DNA of 29,184 nt, taken from the IMG/VR virus record IMGVR_UViG_3300037524_000729, positions 1-29,184 of that record. One strand, 5' to 3'. Made by a program: the position numbers and the translations under genes. Positions 8,049 through 16,511 of this stretch are shown here, piece after piece. Positions within the stretch are counted from its first letter, which is position 1. Every line of letters starts with the position of its first letter. Below the pieces are notes generated by a model. It was given only the letters and a program-made list of their open reading frames with translations. It was not told the origin of the DNA and searched no databases. The DNA is from a virus. Its lineage: Duplodnaviria > Caudoviricetes.

Positions 8049-8997
8049 TCCAGTTTCCCGGTATGGTCCTCGGGTACGCGAGGAACGACTCGGCGCGCGG
8101 CTTCTTGTCCGCCGTCTGGCCGCCGAAGGCCGCCAGCTCGCCGACGCCCGGCACCCACGCGCCGTGCCCGCGGAAGTTCACGAGGTTGTTGAATCGGCCC
8201 TTGCACATCGCCGCCGACTTGTCGCAGCCGGGGCGGATCGTGAAGGTGTCGCCGACCTCGACGTCGGCCGGCATCGGCAGGTAAAGCAGCACCTCGGCCG
8301 GCGAGCCATAGGCGTCGCTCTTCACCTCCATGCTGAATCCGTCGTTCGCGCCCGCGGTCCAGGTCACGAGCCCGCCGTTGAAGTCGCCGGGGTCGGGCGT
8401 CCCGCTGATGGTCGCGGAGAACTGTCGGCTGCTCGTGACGGCGGTCACGGTGCCGGTCTCGGTGAGCGTCGCCACGTTCACACCGCAGCGCGTGTCGCCA
8501 AGCTCCGCGTCGCAGCTCGATCCGTAGGTGCGGACGATCTTCTGCGTGAGCCGCTGGGCCAAGCCACGCAGCTCGGTTCGATACTGGCCCTCGGCGGTGC
8601 GGACGATCTCGCCCAGGTTGCCGGTGCGCAGGACGATCTGGCCGTCATCGGGTGCCTGCCAGTTGACGAGGAACAGCACGACCGAGGCGTCGTCAAGGAG
8701 CCCGGCCTCGATGTCCGCGGCCGAGAGGTCCACCAGCTGCAGGTCGCCGGCGTTGACCGCGCCCGATACCTCCATGTTGTCGACGCTCATGTCCGAGGTC
8801 GACCGCACGCTGCTGCCGGTGATCCCGGCCCGCGCGAGGTAGGTGCCGGCGTAGTCGCCTGTCGTGATCGTCAGGTCGCGGTCGTGCTCGGTCCCGAGGA
8901 TCAGCACGGCGTCGCTGCGCTCGACGCGCCAGCACACGGCCAACGTCGTCACGTCGCCGGCGAGGTGCGATTGCAGGGCGGGCGGGATCGTTCGCAT
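8038..8997 (-). CDS. Baseplate hub / tail-tip protein, DUF2163 (BR0599 family)
   Basis: Start re-called at ATG 8997 (MRTIPPALQSHL..VTTLAVCW). Cys motifs CDAELGDTRCGV and PGCDKSAAMCKGRFNNLVNFRG. Confidence 0.92.
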   Translation of the reverse strand: MRTIPPALQSHLAGDVTTLAVCWRVERSDAVLILGTEHDRDLTITTGDYAGTYLARAGITGSSVRSTSDMSVDNMEVSGAVNAGDLQLVDLSAADIEAGLLDDASVVLFLVNWQAPDDGQIVLRTGNLGEIVRTAEGQYRTELRGLAQRLTQKIVRTYGSSCDAELGDTRCGVNVATLTETGTVTAVTSSRQFSATISGTPDPGDFNGGLVTWTAGANDGFSMEVKSDAYGSPAEVLLYLPMPADVEVGDTFTIRPGCDKSAAMCKGRFNNLVNFRGHGAWVPGVGELAAFGGQTADKKPRAESFLAYPRTIPGNWNEP

Positions 8998-9506
8998 CAG
9001 GTGGCTCGAATGCAGGTTGCAGCCCAGGCATCCGGACGTGTCGGAATCGGCGTCCACTCGCCGAAGCGCCTGAGTTGGTCCTGCCAGAACTCGGCGCTCC
9101 TAACCATCCGGTGAGCCGGCGTACCGTCCGGCAATCGACGGCGGCCAGTCACGAGCGATACGTTCACGAGCAGCGCCTTCGTTGCCAGCTGGTCGAGGTG
9201 ATCCAGCACGGCCGACAGGCACTCGGGCTCGATATGCTCGAGAACGTCCGCGCAGACCACCAGGTCAGCCGCCGCGGGCTCCGCGTCCTTACCTGGGATT
9301 GCCGGGTCGTATTCCGCCACAGCGACGCCCGGAAGTGAGCGAGCGAGCGATCCCTTGCCGCAACCGTAGTCGAGCACCGAGACAGATCCTGAGCGGTCCA
9401 TCAGGATGCGTACCTGTTCGGCCCAGCGCGATCCGTTGCTGCCGTAATCCGGCATCGCCCGGTGTGCCCGGAGGTTCAGGTCGCGATACGCGTCGGTGAT
9501 TCTCAT
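8997..9506 (-). CDS. Class I SAM-dependent methyltransferase (169 aa)
   Basis: Start re-called at ATG 9506 (ATGA overlap with the upstream stop). Motif I VLDYGCGKG, then YDPAIP and DLVVCADVLEHIEPE. Confidence 0.88.
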   Translation of the reverse strand: MRITDAYRDLNLRAHRAMPDYGSNGSRWAEQVRILMDRSGSVSVLDYGCGKGSLARSLPGVAVAEYDPAIPGKDAEPAAADLVVCADVLEHIEPECLSAVLDHLDQLATKALLVNVSLVTGRRRLPDGTPAHRMVRSAEFWQDQLRRFGEWTPIPTRPDAWAATCIRAT

Positions 9507-10213
9507 TGCCAGTGCCTGCGTATCCATTCGATGCGACCTGCCAGCTCCCAAGCTTTCGGGTGGCCGTTGAAGTGCACGATCCGCGCATCCGGAGGAAGCG
9601 TCCGGTAGCCGCTCGCGCGCATGTCCTGCGACTGGTAGATGCCCACTGATCTCGGCCATGCCGGCGCGGACGCTGCGAGCTTGTAGCTGATCCAGGCTTG
9701 ATCGCTGCCACGGAAGCCAGCGGCCCGCGCGGCCTTGATGCCGTCTTCGCCGAAGTCGTCCCAGACCTCTGGGTGCGTCCCGGTGCGCAGTAGCCACGTG
9801 CCGCCGCCGAAGCGGCGTTCGGTGCCCCACGCGTAGTTGGGCCGCCAGCCGACGAAGTCTGCGTCGATCTCGAGCAGCGGCGACAGGTCCCTCGGGATCA
9901 CGCAGTCGATGTCGAGCAGCAGTACGCGATCCGCGATCTCGGTCGCCTCCCGCGAGAACAGCCACAGGCGCCGGTAACTCGACGGGAACTGCGCACCCTC
10001 CGGCGTCGCCATCCGTGCGGCGGCGTGCGCGGCACCCGGCAGCGGGAGCGCTCGAACGTCGGCCGAAAACTCCGACTGGTCGGTAAAACACACGAACTCG
10101 TGCGGCACCGGCAGGTGACGACGGACCATGCTCGCCAGCACGTCCACGTGCTTCGGTCGATAGTCCCGGCTCCCGTCGCACCACAGGAAGCAGACGACCG
10201 CCAGCGAACTCAA
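9503..10213 (-). CDS. GT-A fold glycosyltransferase (GT8-like)
   Basis: FVCFTD, DxD motif in VLLLDIDCVI, GSDQAWI, and IVHFNGHPKAW (HF.G..KPW-type motif). Confidence 0.8.
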   Translation of the reverse strand: MSSLAVVCFLWCDGSRDYRPKHVDVLASMVRRHLPVPHEFVCFTDQSEFSADVRALPLPGAAHAAARMATPEGAQFPSSYRRLWLFSREATEIADRVLLLDIDCVIPRDLSPLLEIDADFVGWRPNYAWGTERRFGGGTWLLRTGTHPEVWDDFGEDGIKAARAAGFRGSDQAWISYKLAASAPAWPRSVGIYQSQDMRASGYRTLPPDARIVHFNGHPKAWELAGRIEWIRRHWQ

Positions 10214-10833
10214 GGCGTCGCCAGTGCCGACGCGAGGTCGGCCTTCGGGAAGCAGGCGAGCCGCGACACCGAGCTCGTGTTGACGACGGAAAGCCCCAGC
10301 CGCTTGCAGTCGCGAGCGATGACGGCGAAGTTCTTGAGCAGCCAGTCGTACGGCGTGGGTCTCGCGATCTCTTTCGGGTGGCTGCCAAAGAAATGATCCA
10401 TCCCGCCGACTGCTCCCATGTCATACCCGACGAGCACGAAGCGACGCGCACCCATGTGCATCGCGAGGTTCATCGCCTGCACACCTGAATTCGCGTTGAA
10501 GTAGATCAGCCGCGGGTCTTCGGACAGACCGGCGGCGTGCTCCCCCGCGATCCGGTGCAGGCCGAACTGCCGGGCTGCGGCTTCGCACTGAGTCCAGCAC
10601 TCGCCAGAGAATCCGCGCTGGATCTCGGCCCAGTGGTAGCGCCACCACGGGAAATCGCACGCATAGAGCAGGTGTGCCCACGGCGCGAGCCGCCAAGCAT
10701 CGTTGATGGCGATGCACGGCCAGCCGCCATCCCTCACCAAGGGGAGGTCTGCGGATGCAGCGCTCGGGCCGGTTGCTACCAGGACGACGGTGCGCGCGCT
10801 GTCCCGGAACGGGAGATCACACCCGCTCTTCAT
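10210..10833 (-). CDS. Maf/DUF115-like (sialyltransferase-like fold) nucleotide-sugar transferase
   Basis: VLVATGPSA, CIAINDAW, LYACD..WW and NSGVQAMNLA..MGARRFVLVGYDM..HFF motifs. The start is probably ATG 10833, overlapping the DUF2460 end (ORF track start is 10869). Confidence 0.7.
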   Translation of the reverse strand: MKSGCDLPFRDSARTVVLVATGPSAASADLPLVRDGGWPCIAINDAWRLAPWAHLLYACDFPWWRYHWAEIQRGFSGECWTQCEAAARQFGLHRIAGEHAAGLSEDPRLIYFNANSGVQAMNLAMHMGARRFVLVGYDMGAVGGMDHFFGSHPKEIARPTPYDWLLKNFAVIARDCKRLGLSVVNTSSVSRLACFPKADLASALATP

Positions 10834-11449
10834 TGAGCGTGAACGGTACGCGCTGGACCCGCATCGCATCGTCGCCGCGGAACGTCAGCACGAACTCCGT
10901 ACCGTCCGCGAAGGTCACGGGCACGTCGAACTCCCCGCCCCACGTCAACGGCCCAACCGGGACGAACAGCAGGCTGACGAGCCCGGTCGTGTAGTCCACG
11001 GTGTAGTCGGTTCCGGCTTCCTTCAGGACGCCGTTATCGGCCACGAGGATGGTGCCGCTCACCGGCTTCTGGATCGGTCGCGTGCGGGTCAGGGCGCCCT
11101 TGGTGTACTGCTTGACCATCTGATAGGCCGCCGGGCTGCCGGGCACGAGCTGCAGCGGCTGGTCGGTTGCCGCAGCGGTCTCGAACGGCGCGCAGCTCTT
11201 GTAGTCGTTCCAGTCCTTGAACCGAAACGCATACGCCCCGCCACCGACGGCGTGCCAGAACTCCAGCACCTCGTAGATGTCGGCCTCGGCATGCTCGATC
11301 TCGCAGTCGAACGAGTGCAGTGGCGCCGTCCAGTTGAGGTTGCGCCGGGTCTGTCCGCCGGCCCGCTGAATTCTCGTCACGCTGATCTGCGGACGAACCC
11401 GGTATCCCAGCGACGGCGGAAGCGGGAAGCGCGGCGTTTCCAGGAACAT
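10817..11449 (-). CDS. Distal tail protein, DUF2460 (TIGR02217-like)
   Basis: MFLETPRFP, RN..W..PL, FRFKDWNDYKS, R.IQKPV.G and GGEFDVPVTF. It lies directly after the tape measure gene. Confidence 0.92.
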   Translation of the reverse strand: MFLETPRFPLPPSLGYRVRPQISVTRIQRAGGQTRRNLNWTAPLHSFDCEIEHAEADIYEVLEFWHAVGGGAYAFRFKDWNDYKSCAPFETAAATDQPLQLVPGSPAAYQMVKQYTKGALTRTRPIQKPVSGTILVADNGVLKEAGTDYTVDYTTGLVSLLFVPVGPLTWGGEFDVPVTFADGTEFVLTFRGDDAMRVQRVPFTLNEERV

Positions 11450-13845
11450 CAGTTGTTCCTCCGGGCCGCCCGCTCGAGCCCCCTGGCGGCAGCGGCGGCG
11501 ACCTGCTCACGCGACGTGCGGTCGATCGAGCCCGTGGCCGAGGTGATGTTGAAGTTCTGGTGCACTACCATTCCGCCCCCTGCTGCGCCCGCGGTCGCGA
11601 CGCCCGTGCCGACCATTCCGCCCTCAGCGAATCTCGGCACGCCACCAGGGACAACCGGCCGGGGATGCCCGGCGTTGAGTTGATGCAGCAGGCTGAGCAC
11701 GCCCGGCCGACGCACGACGCTGGCGCGCACGATGAACTCCTCGTTCGATACGAGCAGTGGGCGGCCGGCGGTCGTGATCGCGCGAATGCTGTCGCTCGTG
11801 CCGGTGCCGGGCCCGCGGATGAGTCCGCCGCCCGTCGCGTCGATCTGGCCGCCTGCGGCGTATCCCGGGATGCGCTGGGCCGTGATGCTGATCGGCGACA
11901 GTCCGCTCATACCACCGCCGCCGAACAGGCCGAACAGGCTGCCGACCCACGACTCGATCTGCGGCCGAATGAACTGCTCGACGGCGATGCGCTGCAGTGT
12001 GGCCAGGATCGTGTCGCCGAGCTGCCGGAACGCGTCGCCCAGGCTGTCGACCTGCTTGATGCCGTCGGTGAGCCAGTTGACGAGATCGTCTCCAATGGCC
12101 TGCGATGCCTGTTCCCGGAACCTGATCCAGCCGTCTTCCGCCTTCGCGACCGATACCGAGATCTGGCCGAGCTGCAGGTTCAGCTGCTCGGCCTGCGCGA
12201 TCAGCGCCGGATCGCCTGACGCCTGCGCCGCGGTCAGTGCCGCGGCGGCCAGTTCCTGCATGACAGGCAACCGGGCGGCCTCGATCCTGGCAATCTCGAG
12301 CTGCCCCTCGCGCTGCGTCGTGATGCCGAGTTCGACGTCCTGGTTGATGCGCTCGCGCGCGTTGGCCAGCTGCTCGAGAGCCTGCTGGGCGCGCGACGTG
12401 GCGTCCTCGAAATCGATCCGCGCCACCTCGACCTGGCGGATGCGGGCGAAGGACTGCTCATCCGTCGCGGTGACGCCGCCGCCGGCCGCCAGGAGTTCGC
12501 GCTGCTTGGCGATTTCCTCGTCGAGGGCCCGCAGTCGCGCCTCGCGCTGCTGGCCGGTCAGCTCGAGCAGGCGCTGCTCGATGTCGAACCGCGTTCGCCC
12601 GGCGGCTTCCTCGGCCCGCCGGCGTTCCTCCGCCAGCCGCGCCGCCTCACGCTCCGCCTTCGCGGCTTCCGCGTTGGCCTGCCGCGCGGCAGCGGCAGCT
12701 GCCCGTTCAGCCGTCTCGTCGGTCGCACCAATGGCGGCTGTCCGGGTTCTTACCGGAATCTCGATCGGCTTTATTTCGCGCGTGGCCTCGTCGGCGATGC
12801 GCTGCAGATCCGTCTTGAACGTCTCTTTGAACTGGGCGAAGTCGGCGCGACCTTGCTCACCGATGTCCCGCCAGATGCGAACCGCGCCTGCGAAGTCCCC
12901 CCTGGACAAGGCGCCGATCGTCGCGGCCAGGCCGCCGATCTGATTGCCGATGCCCCTGAAGATGCCAGAGACGATGTTGAAGAACGTGCGGAACGTCTGA
13001 ATCACGACCCGCAGAATCCGCCCCGTCTCGGTGCCGAACCGCCGCATCGAGTCGACGCCGGTGCCGGCCGTCTCCTCGCGGAAGCTTGTCATCGTCTCGA
13101 GCACGCTCGGCATCAGGCCGGAGACGAACTGGATCGCGAGCCCCTGCGCTTGCCCCTTGATCATGGCGAACGAGTCGTTCACCTGACCGGCCATCGCCGC
13201 CGTCTCGCTGTCGATCACGAGGCCGAGAGAGGCGGCGGCCTCTGCGACGTTGGCGAAGCCGTTGGCCGCCAGGTCGTTGAGCAGCGGCATCAGCTGCGCG
13301 CCCGTCTTGCCGAAGATCTGGACAGCGATGTCCGTCTTGCGGGTGCTGTCCTCGACGGTGCCGAGGCGCTGCGCGATCAGGTCGAACGCCTGCGCGGTGT
13401 CGAGCCCGGCGAAGTCCCGTGCCGACAGCCCAAGGCGGCCGAACGCATCCGTCGCCTGGCGCGAGCCGCGATCGAGATCACCGAGCCTGACTGCGAGCCG
13501 CGTGAGATTCGCCTCGAGCGCCTCGATGCCGCCAGAGATGCCCGCCTGGTACTGCAGCACCGACAGATTCTCGGCCGACGCACCCACCTTCTGGGACAGG
13601 TCGTCGATTGCATCGGCGCTGTTGAGCGCGTTGCGCGTCAGGGCCACGAAGCCCGCCGTGACACCCGCGAGGCCGATCGCCGGCAGCAGCGCCTTGAGCT
13701 GCGCGGCGGCCGACCTCATCAGGTTGAAGCCGCCCGCGCCGGAGCGCGCGACACGCTCGGCCTGGCCTTGCACGGTCTTCAGCGCGTCGAGGACTTCCTT
13801 GACGCCTTCCGGAGACAGCCGTACGCGGATATCGGGTGTGCTCAT
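11449..13845 (-). CDS. Tail tape measure protein (798 aa)
   Basis: Ala-rich helical protein with C-terminal GPGTGTSDSI..LVSNEEFIVRA and PRFAEGGMVG motifs. It follows the tail chaperones. Confidence 0.92.
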   Translation of the reverse strand: MSTPDIRVRLSPEGVKEVLDALKTVQGQAERVARSGAGGFNLMRSAAAQLKALLPAIGLAGVTAGFVALTRNALNSADAIDDLSQKVGASAENLSVLQYQAGISGGIEALEANLTRLAVRLGDLDRGSRQATDAFGRLGLSARDFAGLDTAQAFDLIAQRLGTVEDSTRKTDIAVQIFGKTGAQLMPLLNDLAANGFANVAEAAASLGLVIDSETAAMAGQVNDSFAMIKGQAQGLAIQFVSGLMPSVLETMTSFREETAGTGVDSMRRFGTETGRILRVVIQTFRTFFNIVSGIFRGIGNQIGGLAATIGALSRGDFAGAVRIWRDIGEQGRADFAQFKETFKTDLQRIADEATREIKPIEIPVRTRTAAIGATDETAERAAAAAARQANAEAAKAEREAARLAEERRRAEEAAGRTRFDIEQRLLELTGQQREARLRALDEEIAKQRELLAAGGGVTATDEQSFARIRQVEVARIDFEDATSRAQQALEQLANARERINQDVELGITTQREGQLEIARIEAARLPVMQELAAAALTAAQASGDPALIAQAEQLNLQLGQISVSVAKAEDGWIRFREQASQAIGDDLVNWLTDGIKQVDSLGDAFRQLGDTILATLQRIAVEQFIRPQIESWVGSLFGLFGGGGMSGLSPISITAQRIPGYAAGGQIDATGGGLIRGPGTGTSDSIRAITTAGRPLLVSNEEFIVRASVVRRPGVLSLLHQLNAGHPRPVVPGGVPRFAEGGMVGTGVATAGAAGGGMVVHQNFNITSATGSIDRTSREQVAAAAARGLERAARRNN

Positions 13846-13846
13846 G

Positions 13847-14173
13847 CTACTTCAGCAGGTCCGGCATGGAGGGTGGCGGTTGTGCATTTTTCTGGTGAGG
13901 TCGCAGGGATGCCCAGGCGAGCAGCGCCGTGCGGTAGTCGCGCGCAGCCTGCTCACGGGTGCGCTCGAGACACGTCAGCAACATCTCGCGCAGCGGCCAT
14001 TCGAGGACGGCGAGAATCCGGCCGTAGTCGTGCCCGGCAGCCCGGCGAATCACGCCGTCCCATTGGCCGAGGTCTAGTGCGCCGACTGCGCGATCGGCTG
14101 GCTTCGCTTGCCGGCCCCGCTCGAAGAGATGAGGGAACTCGCCAGCGAGCGCAGCTGCCGCCCGAAAAAACCC
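13847..14173 (-). CDS. -1 frameshift extension of tail chaperone (gpGT-like)
   Basis: The -1 frame is open from the slippery site G GGT TTT TTC to the stop at 13847, just before the tape measure ATG. Confidence 0.7.
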   Translation of the reverse strand, partial: GFFRAAAALAGEFPHLFERGRQAKPADRAVGALDLGQWDGVIRRAAGHDYGRILAVLEWPLREMLLTCLERTREQAARDYRTALLAWASLRPHQKNAQPPPSMPDLLK

Positions 14174-14517
14174 AGCACGAAGTCGAGCCCGAGGCGATAG
14201 ACCTCCTGGACATCCACTTCGGTGTCCAGCCCCTCGATCCAGTTCGCGGTCTCCTGGGCCATCTCCGGCGTCCAGTCCGCCTCGCCCTTGCCCATCGGCA
14301 GCAGGAAGCAGCCGAGCAACTCGCAGGCCCGGCCCGAGCGCATGACGGCGGTATGCAGCCTCAGCAGATACGCCTGCGGCTCCTCCTGGGCGGCCGGCAG
14401 GATGCGGTCGAGCCCTGTGTCGCCGACCAGGCGGTCGACGTGCAGCTGCCAGCGGACCGTCCGGCGCTCGAGGTTGAGGGCGGCGAACTGCCGCCCTCCG
14501 AGCGTGACGTTGCTCAT
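14074..14517 (-). CDS. Tail assembly chaperone (gpG-like)
   Basis: Start re-called at ATG 14517 (MSNVTLGGRQF), overlapping the major tail stop. It lies between the major tail and tape measure genes and contains a slippery site. Confidence 0.75.
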   Translation of the reverse strand: MSNVTLGGRQFAALNLERRTVRWQLHVDRLVGDTGLDRILPAAQEEPQAYLLRLHTAVMRSGRACELLGCFLLPMGKGEADWTPEMAQETANWIEGLDTEVDVQEVYRLGLDFVLGFFGRQLRSLASSLISSSGAGKRSQPIAQSAH

Positions 14518-15257
14518 CACTCGACGATCTGGGCGACGAAGTACTGGCTGACCGTCGTGCCGTTCTTCGTGGTGTCCTTGAGCAGCTTGCCCTTGACCTC
14601 GAGCTCGCCATACTCCTCGGACAGCAGCGCCAGGGCCGCCGCCGGGCCGAACTTGACGCGGTGCGCGGTGATCTTCACGGTCTTGCCGCTGCGCGCCTCG
14701 TTCAGGCCGTCGAACACGAACTCGTACTCCTGCGCAGCCGCGACCAGCGCCTCGACCTTGTCGCCGGCCTTCGGCGTGTAGTCGACGACGATGGAGCTGG
14801 CATCCACGATCGTCGAGGTCTCCGGAATCTCCAGGCCGCCGCCGCGCACGATGTAATCGGAACCCGCTGTGTACAGCGTCGCCGGCGAGCCAGCCGCATT
14901 CACGGTCACGGTCGCGGCGGTGTCGATCGGGTACAGCGTGCTGACGAACCCACCGCGATATGCGGTGTGAGCCTCGTTCGTGACGGGCGTCGCAGCGATT
15001 GCGCTCGCCGCACCGTAGGCCGCCATGGCCAGGTTCTCGGGCGAGAAGTCGGTCATCTTGATCGTCGCCTCGACGGAGTTGATCCGGCGGACCTCGTTGT
15101 AGGTGCCGCCGCCGGGCTGGGTGCGGTCCTTGAGTTCCTTGTTGTCCTCGGTCACGTTGAACGAGAGGTCCGTGACGTTGCCGACGAAACGCAGCCCCGC
15201 CGCCGCGCCTGCCACGCGGACGTAGACCTTGCCGCTGCCCAGATAGCTGTAGTCCAT
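14517..15257 (-). CDS. Major tail (tube) protein
   Basis: YSYLGSGKVY...FVGNV..LSF...FSPENLAMA...FDGLNEA..GK motif pattern. AGGAG RBS upstream. Confidence 0.88.
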   Translation of the reverse strand: MDYSYLGSGKVYVRVAGAAAGLRFVGNVTDLSFNVTEDNKELKDRTQPGGGTYNEVRRINSVEATIKMTDFSPENLAMAAYGAASAIAATPVTNEAHTAYRGGFVSTLYPIDTAATVTVNAAGSPATLYTAGSDYIVRGGGLEIPETSTIVDASSIVVDYTPKAGDKVEALVAAAQEYEFVFDGLNEARSGKTVKITAHRVKFGPAAALALLSEEYGELEVKGKLLKDTTKNGTTVSQYFVAQIVE

Positions 15258-15326
15258 GATCGTCTTCTCCTGAAGGGGTTGAACCGCTCACGCGCGGCAA
15301 GGCGCCCGGTCATCCCGGGGAGAGTG

Positions 15327-15758
15327 TCAGCGTCGAATGTTCGACGTGTACCGAATCACTGCGCCGATCCACTTGAGGCCGTCGGCCGGGGCGATGCGCA
15401 CCGCGCCGGCGAAGCGCGGAAAATCGACGTAGTCTGGATATCGCGACTGCTGATCGGTCATTGCCCGATCAACGTCTTCGATGATCTCGTGCAGGCGGCG
15501 CTCGGCGTTCTCGATCTCGGCCGGCACCTTCGCCGTGATGGCGACCGTGCAGGCGCGAAGTCGCAGCGCACGCGCGGCTGAATCTTCCGACGGAGCAATG
15601 GTCTCGATGAAGACCGCCAGGAACTCGCTGGCGTCGTCCCTCACCTGCCCCGGCTCGAGCGTGACCGTTCGGCCGGCGTTCGTGTGATAGCCGGCAGAGC
15701 GCCGGATCTGCGCCAGGCTCTCCTGCACGGCCTCGAGCAGCTCGTAGGTCCTACTCAC
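15327..15758 (-). CDS. Tail terminator protein
   Basis: L..I....GYHTNAG..V N-terminal motif, size and position before the major tail gene. Confidence 0.7.
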   Translation of the reverse strand: MSRTYELLEAVQESLAQIRRSAGYHTNAGRTVTLEPGQVRDDASEFLAVFIETIAPSEDSAARALRLRACTVAITAKVPAEIENAERRLHEIIEDVDRAMTDQQSRYPDYVDFPRFAGAVRIAPADGLKWIGAVIRYTSNIRR

Positions 15759-16059
15759 GGACAGCCACCCACGTGCTCAGGGACTCGTCCTGCTGCACCA
15801 GCTCGGACAGCAGCCAGGTCTCGGCACCGACCGAAACGGTGTCGCCCCGCTCCGGCGTGTCCGCCTGGTCGAGGCGGAGCGTGATGAGGGTTCTCACCCC
15901 CACCACGCCCGCTCCGTCCTCGCCGAATACCTCTGCGTCCCGATCGAGATACACCTCGACCGATTGACCCCGGAACGTCGCCTGGTCGGCAAGTCCGGCG
16001 GCCCTGAACGCGGCCATGATGGTCGCGTCCAGTGCACGCAGAGTGTCGGACTGGCTCAC
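15751..16059 (-). CDS. Head closure / head-tail joining protein (gpFII-like)
   Basis: Start re-called at GTG 16059 just after the DUF2190 stop. About 102 aa, beta-rich with P.RGD.V, and syntenic. Confidence 0.65.
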   Translation of the reverse strand: MSQSDTLRALDATIMAAFRAAGLADQATFRGQSVEVYLDRDAEVFGEDGAGVVGVRTLITLRLDQADTPERGDTVSVGAETWLLSELVQQDESLSTWVAVRE

Positions 16060-16060
16060 G

Positions 16061-16429
16061 TTACGCCGTCTTCGTGGCGTTGCCGGGGGTGAGCTTGACC
16101 ACGCAGGTGGTCTCGAGGTTGGCGCCTGCCACCATGGCAACCGCGCCGCCGGTGATGTCGCCGGACGCCGGGGTGGCCGCCGAGTCGTCGAAGGCCGGCG
16201 GGGTGGCCGACACGTCGAGGATCAGCTTTTCGCCGACCGCGAACACGGCCGCCGAGACCTTCGGCAGGGTGAACACACCCTCGATCGCAACCGCGCCGGT
16301 GGCGCCGTTGGCGATGTCGGTGAGGGCCACGCCGATCGTGTGACCCATGACCACCAGGTCGCCGGCGGCGATGTTGGCACCCGCGGTGTAGTTCACCACG
16401 TCGCCGCGCTGAACGAAATTCGTCGTCAT
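16061..16429 (-). CDS. Capsid cement/decoration protein, DUF2190 family
   Basis: NFVQRGD.V....A.IAAGDLV..G..IGVALTDIA.G..G...EGVFTLPK...VVKL. It lies directly after the capsid gene. Confidence 0.88.
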   Translation of the reverse strand: MTTNFVQRGDVVNYTAGANIAAGDLVVMGHTIGVALTDIANGATGAVAIEGVFTLPKVSAAVFAVGEKLILDVSATPPAFDDSAATPASGDITGGAVAMVAGANLETTCVVKLTPGNATKTA

Positions 16430-16444
16430 TTCTCGTACTCCGAA

Positions 16445-16490
16445 AAGGAAGAGGTGGAATGCAGGCGGGCCCCGAAGAGCCCGCCTGCAT
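16445..16490 (-). terminator. Stable hairpin / probable intrinsic terminator after capsid gene
   Basis: 12-bp perfect stem (16459-16470 with 16479-16490), extendable to a C(UUCG)G tetraloop on the - strand. It is followed by pyrimidine-rich TCCACCTCTTCCTTTT rather than a clean U-run. Confidence 0.65.
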
Positions 16491-16511
16491 CAGCTGGGTG
16501 GGTGGATGGGA

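Noticed and set aside
8997-9506. DNA methyltransferase (anti-restriction)
   Set aside because: Lacks DPPY/NPPY or PC catalytic motifs. It is small and resembles small-molecule/sugar methyltransferases.
9507-10451. N-terminal 315 aa of the 484-aa ORF 8997..10451
   Set aside because: Arg/Pro-rich shadow frame overlapping two better-supported genes. The methyltransferase starts at ATG 9506.
14518-15300. N-terminal part of the 408-aa ORF 14074..15300
   Set aside because: Out-of-frame overlap of the major tail gene. The chaperone starts at ATG 14517.
15258-15326. Terminator or structured RNA upstream of the major tail gene
   Set aside because: Only a short weak inverted repeat (CCCGG..CCGGG) with no U-tract, which is insufficient support.
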